Source of the DNA: Clostridia bacterium
GTDB taxonomy: Bacteria; Bacillota; Clostridia; Oscillospirales; UBA644
Assembly: GCA_017623475.1 (NCBI GenBank)
Contig: JAGAPC010000004.1
Span: forward strand, 30-64,029
Reading direction: 5' to 3'
Length of the DNA: 64,000 nt
This document shows positions 61,691 to 64,000 of the stretch, piece after piece. Each line of letters starts with the position of its first letter. Within the stretch, counting starts at the first letter, position 1. Made by a program: the position numbers and the translations under genes. The notes below the pieces were generated by a model, which was not told the DNA's origin, did not search any database, and saw only the letters and a list, made by a program, of their open reading frames with translations.

Positions 61691-63832
61691 TTACTTGAGT
61701 AATTTCGGCTCTCCGGTTGTGAATACCGTCAATTCGTGCAAAGCGCGGGTTGCCGCAACGTACATTAAATTGCGGTCCTCTTCGGTGTTCCAATCGTCGG
61801 AAACGCCGGCAACGATAACGCCGTCCGCCTCCAACCCTTTGGAGAGGTAAATCGGCAGAATAACCGTCGTCCCGGGGAGGAAGGAATCGAAGGAACGCAT
61901 TCGGATCACGGGAATTTCATGCAACAATTTCTTATAGAGCTCGTCACATTCCCTTTGGGTGCGGCAAAGGATCATGTTCGTCTTATGTCCCTGTGCGTGA
62001 TACCCGGCAATCGTTTCTTTGATCTGCGCAACGGGATCGGTAAAGGGCAGGATTTGGGGTTGAGTACCGTGGCGTTCCATCATACGGACGTCTGCCTCTC
62101 CCCTGCGGAATTTATCTGCGAAGGCGTTTATTTCGTGGGTGGACCGATAGCTTTTATTGAGAACGAAGCTCGAAACCGATTTTTTATCCGAGAAACACGC
62201 ACCGATGGAGTGAACAGACGGAACTTTTTGATCCACCTGCTGCGCAATATCCCCAAGGATCGTGAACCGCGCCGTCGGGAAAATGCCCGAAAGCAACAGA
62301 TAAACGATTTCCGGATATTCTTGCGCTTCGTCCACCACGACCTGTTTCACGGTGCGCATCGGAGGAATCGTTCCGGCAAGAAATTTTAACCAGGAAAGGC
62401 AGAACAGATCCTCGTAAGGAACGATATTTTGCTCAAATAATCCATTGGAATAATTATAATATTCCGGATAATTTTCTTTAAGAAAATCCAAATAAACCCG
62501 CTTTTCCGAAAGCAACAGCAGATCAGTCGCCTTATGGGAAATTTCCGCCATGCAGGATTCCCACATTTCACGGCATTGTTCCGCTTTCTCTTCTTCCGTA
62601 TAAGCGATAATCCCGTGTTGTGTTGCCTCGTCCAAAAAGGTATGGCAAATTTCGGTTTTCAAATCCTCTGCGGCATCCTGCAATCTGGTAATAATTTTTC
62701 CAACCCGTTGCGCCGGAGCGTAATCGAAGTAATCCTCAAAAAACCAACGGTTGATTTCCTCCGGGGTTGCAAGAACCTCGTCAAAGCAGGTAACGTCTTG
62801 GGTAATACGGAAGGATTCCGAGCGTTTTCGATAGTATTCCGCCAATTCCTCCGCAAAGGTCTTCGATCCTTTTTTTGCGATCATTTCACGCAGAAAAGGA
62901 TCGTTGCTTTTTAAAAGGGCTTCAATCTGCTCGGAACGGTCGGCATAATGCAATTCCGATTCCATATCTGCAAAAAAGTGGTAAAAATCGGAGCGAACTG
63001 CATTTTCTTCCCCCAATTCCGGAAGGACTTGAGCAATATAAGCGGAAAACACCTCGCTGGGAGAAAAAATGATAATATCTTGGGAGGACATGGAATCCCT
63101 GAAACGGTAAAGCAAAAATGCAATTCGATGCAACGCAACCGACGTTTTCCCGCTGCCGGCAGAGCCCTGCACCAGCAATAAATCCGCATTTAAATCACGG
63201 ATTACTTGGTTTTGCTCCCGTTGAATGGTGTTGATTACGGTTTTTAATTTTGCGTCGGAGGATCTTCCCAATTCCGCCATCAAAATCGGGTCGGTAATGT
63301 TAATTCCGTTATCAAATACGTATTTCAACTCTGCGTCTTCGATTTTAATTTGTCGGCGAAGAGAAATATCTCCCCGAATCGTTCCTTCCTGGCACTTGTA
63401 CTGTGCAGGACCTATGGTAGCATCGTAAAACAAGGACGCAATATCTGCACGCCAATCGCAAATCAGAACGTCGTACGTCCGATTGTCGATCAAAGACAAC
63501 GAGCCGATATAAAAGGATTCCGGCTCGTCAAATCCCTCTTCTTTAAAATCAATTCGCGCAAAATAGGGAGAAGATCGCATTTGCTGCAGGAAATGAAGCT
63601 TGTCCTTGATACGGAAATACTGCTCCGTATCCATTTCCAAGGTCTGATTCGCCTGCATCCATTCCACGTTATCCGGATTGATGCTGTAATCGTCCCAAAT
63701 GCGGCGGCGCTCCTCAATAATATACTGACGAAGATTCGCCTCGTTGGGGCCTTCCGAAAATAACGTGCGGTCGATATAGTCAATTACGTAATCAAGACGT
63801 TGTTTTTCCTGCTCGTAATTTTTGTTTTCCAT
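61691..63832 (-). CDS. helD: HelD/helicase IV-type UvrD-like helicase
   Basis: About 713 aa from the ATG at 63832, which lies 7 nt after GGAAGGAG. It has Walker A GSAGSGKT, VVDEAQE and a C-terminal UvrD_C block (YVAATRALHEL). Confidence 0.82.
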   Translation of the reverse strand: MENKNYEQEKQRLDYVIDYIDRTLFSEGPNEANLRQYIIEERRRIWDDYSINPDNVEWMQANQTLEMDTEQYFRIKDKLHFLQQMRSSPYFARIDFKEEGFDEPESFYIGSLSLIDNRTYDVLICDWRADIASLFYDATIGPAQYKCQEGTIRGDISLRRQIKIEDAELKYVFDNGINITDPILMAELGRSSDAKLKTVINTIQREQNQVIRDLNADLLLVQGSAGSGKTSVALHRIAFLLYRFRDSMSSQDIIIFSPSEVFSAYIAQVLPELGEENAVRSDFYHFFADMESELHYADRSEQIEALLKSNDPFLREMIAKKGSKTFAEELAEYYRKRSESFRITQDVTCFDEVLATPEEINRWFFEDYFDYAPAQRVGKIITRLQDAAEDLKTEICHTFLDEATQHGIIAYTEEEKAEQCREMWESCMAEISHKATDLLLLSEKRVYLDFLKENYPEYYNYSNGLFEQNIVPYEDLFCLSWLKFLAGTIPPMRTVKQVVVDEAQEYPEIVYLLLSGIFPTARFTILGDIAQQVDQKVPSVHSIGACFSDKKSVSSFVLNKSYRSTHEINAFADKFRRGEADVRMMERHGTQPQILPFTDPVAQIKETIAGYHAQGHKTNMILCRTQRECDELYKKLLHEIPVIRMRSFDSFLPGTTVILPIYLSKGLEADGVIVAGVSDDWNTEEDRNLMYVAATRALHELTVFTTGEPKLLK

Positions 63833-64000
63833 AAAGATACTCCTTCCGGACGCGGATCGCAATCACGGTGAACAATAAAAAGAGAAATAAGGTCAAGGAA
63901 AATCCAAGGTTGATCTTGGACTCGGTGTTAGAAAAAAGCGGATATACCAACGCGGTAATTACGGGGGAAACGCAGGCTTGCAAAACTTTTCCCGGGAAAT
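63792..64000 (-). CDS. Possible 3' end of a membrane-protein gene running in from beyond the window
   Basis: The frame is open to the window edge. It has hydrophobic TM-like stretches followed by a basic tail and would overlap the helD start by 41 nt. No family was recognised. Confidence 0.3.
   Translation of the reverse strand, partial: FPGKVLQACVSPVITALVYPLFSNTESKINLGFSLTLFLFLLFTVIAIRVRKEYLYGKQKLRAGKTTS

Noticed and set aside
1-64000. CRISPR arrays, IS elements or transposases, prophage genes, rRNA, riboswitches or T-boxes
   Set aside because: I saw no regularly spaced direct repeats, no transposase-like or phage-like ORFs, and no rRNA-like segments. Leaders upstream of candidate genes (ask, folD, miaB, the MFS transporter) are too short or lack conserved riboswitch cores. 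This rests on visual inspection only, so short or degenerate elements could have been missed.

Overview
This 64-kb window is a chromosomal segment from an endospore-forming Firmicute, apparently Clostridia-like. Sporulation genes present are spoIIID, a spoVB-like flippase, yqfC/yqfD and an intact pro-sigK. All calls rest on motif recognition in the supplied translations and on reading the DNA; no searches were run.

Gene content is mostly tightly packed core housekeeping genes:
- a 12.5-kb co-directional block: yqfC-yqfD-phoH-ybeY-dgkA-era-recO-mutS2-comEC-holA-toprim-femAB
- an organic-acid cluster: malic enzyme, Ldh_2 oxidoreductase, MFS transporter, LUD protein
- miaB-ylbF-mutS-mutL-miaA-hfq, followed by a ylmE-sepF-divIVA-lspA-rluD block
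- a minus-strand run: Xer-like recombinase, membrane GT2 synthase, SAM methyltransferase, tRNA-Thr, folD, lgt and a 2351-aa cyclic-beta-1,2-glucan-synthase-like giant
- a fused E1 alpha/beta dehydrogenase, sigK and helD

There are two tRNAs, one truncated by the window edge. I saw no rRNA, CRISPR array, transposase or prophage.

Most noteworthy observations:
1. A perfect 28-bp dif-like palindrome (11+6+11) and a second half-site copy bracket a ~590-bp coding-free, very AT-rich segment. It lies directly upstream of a Xer-type recombinase, 1.7 kb from a convergent switch in gene orientation. This may be a terminus with a single-recombinase Xer/dif module, or a small Xer-mobilised insert.
2. pgi is interrupted by one in-frame TGA.
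3. The giant GT84/(alpha/alpha)6/GH94 glucan synthase sits in a spore-former.
4. The Shine-Dalgarno sequences of sigK and of the aspartokinase gene lie inside the 3' arm of the upstream terminator hairpin.
5. Two apparent pseudo-enzymes: a PBP5-like protein without its catalytic Ser/Lys, and a histidine-kinase-like protein without His, N-box or G1.
6. There is a striking number of letter-perfect TTGACA-N17-TATAAT promoters.

I did not find a clear multi-gene novel system such as a defence island. The Xer/palindrome locus is my best candidate for something undescribed.
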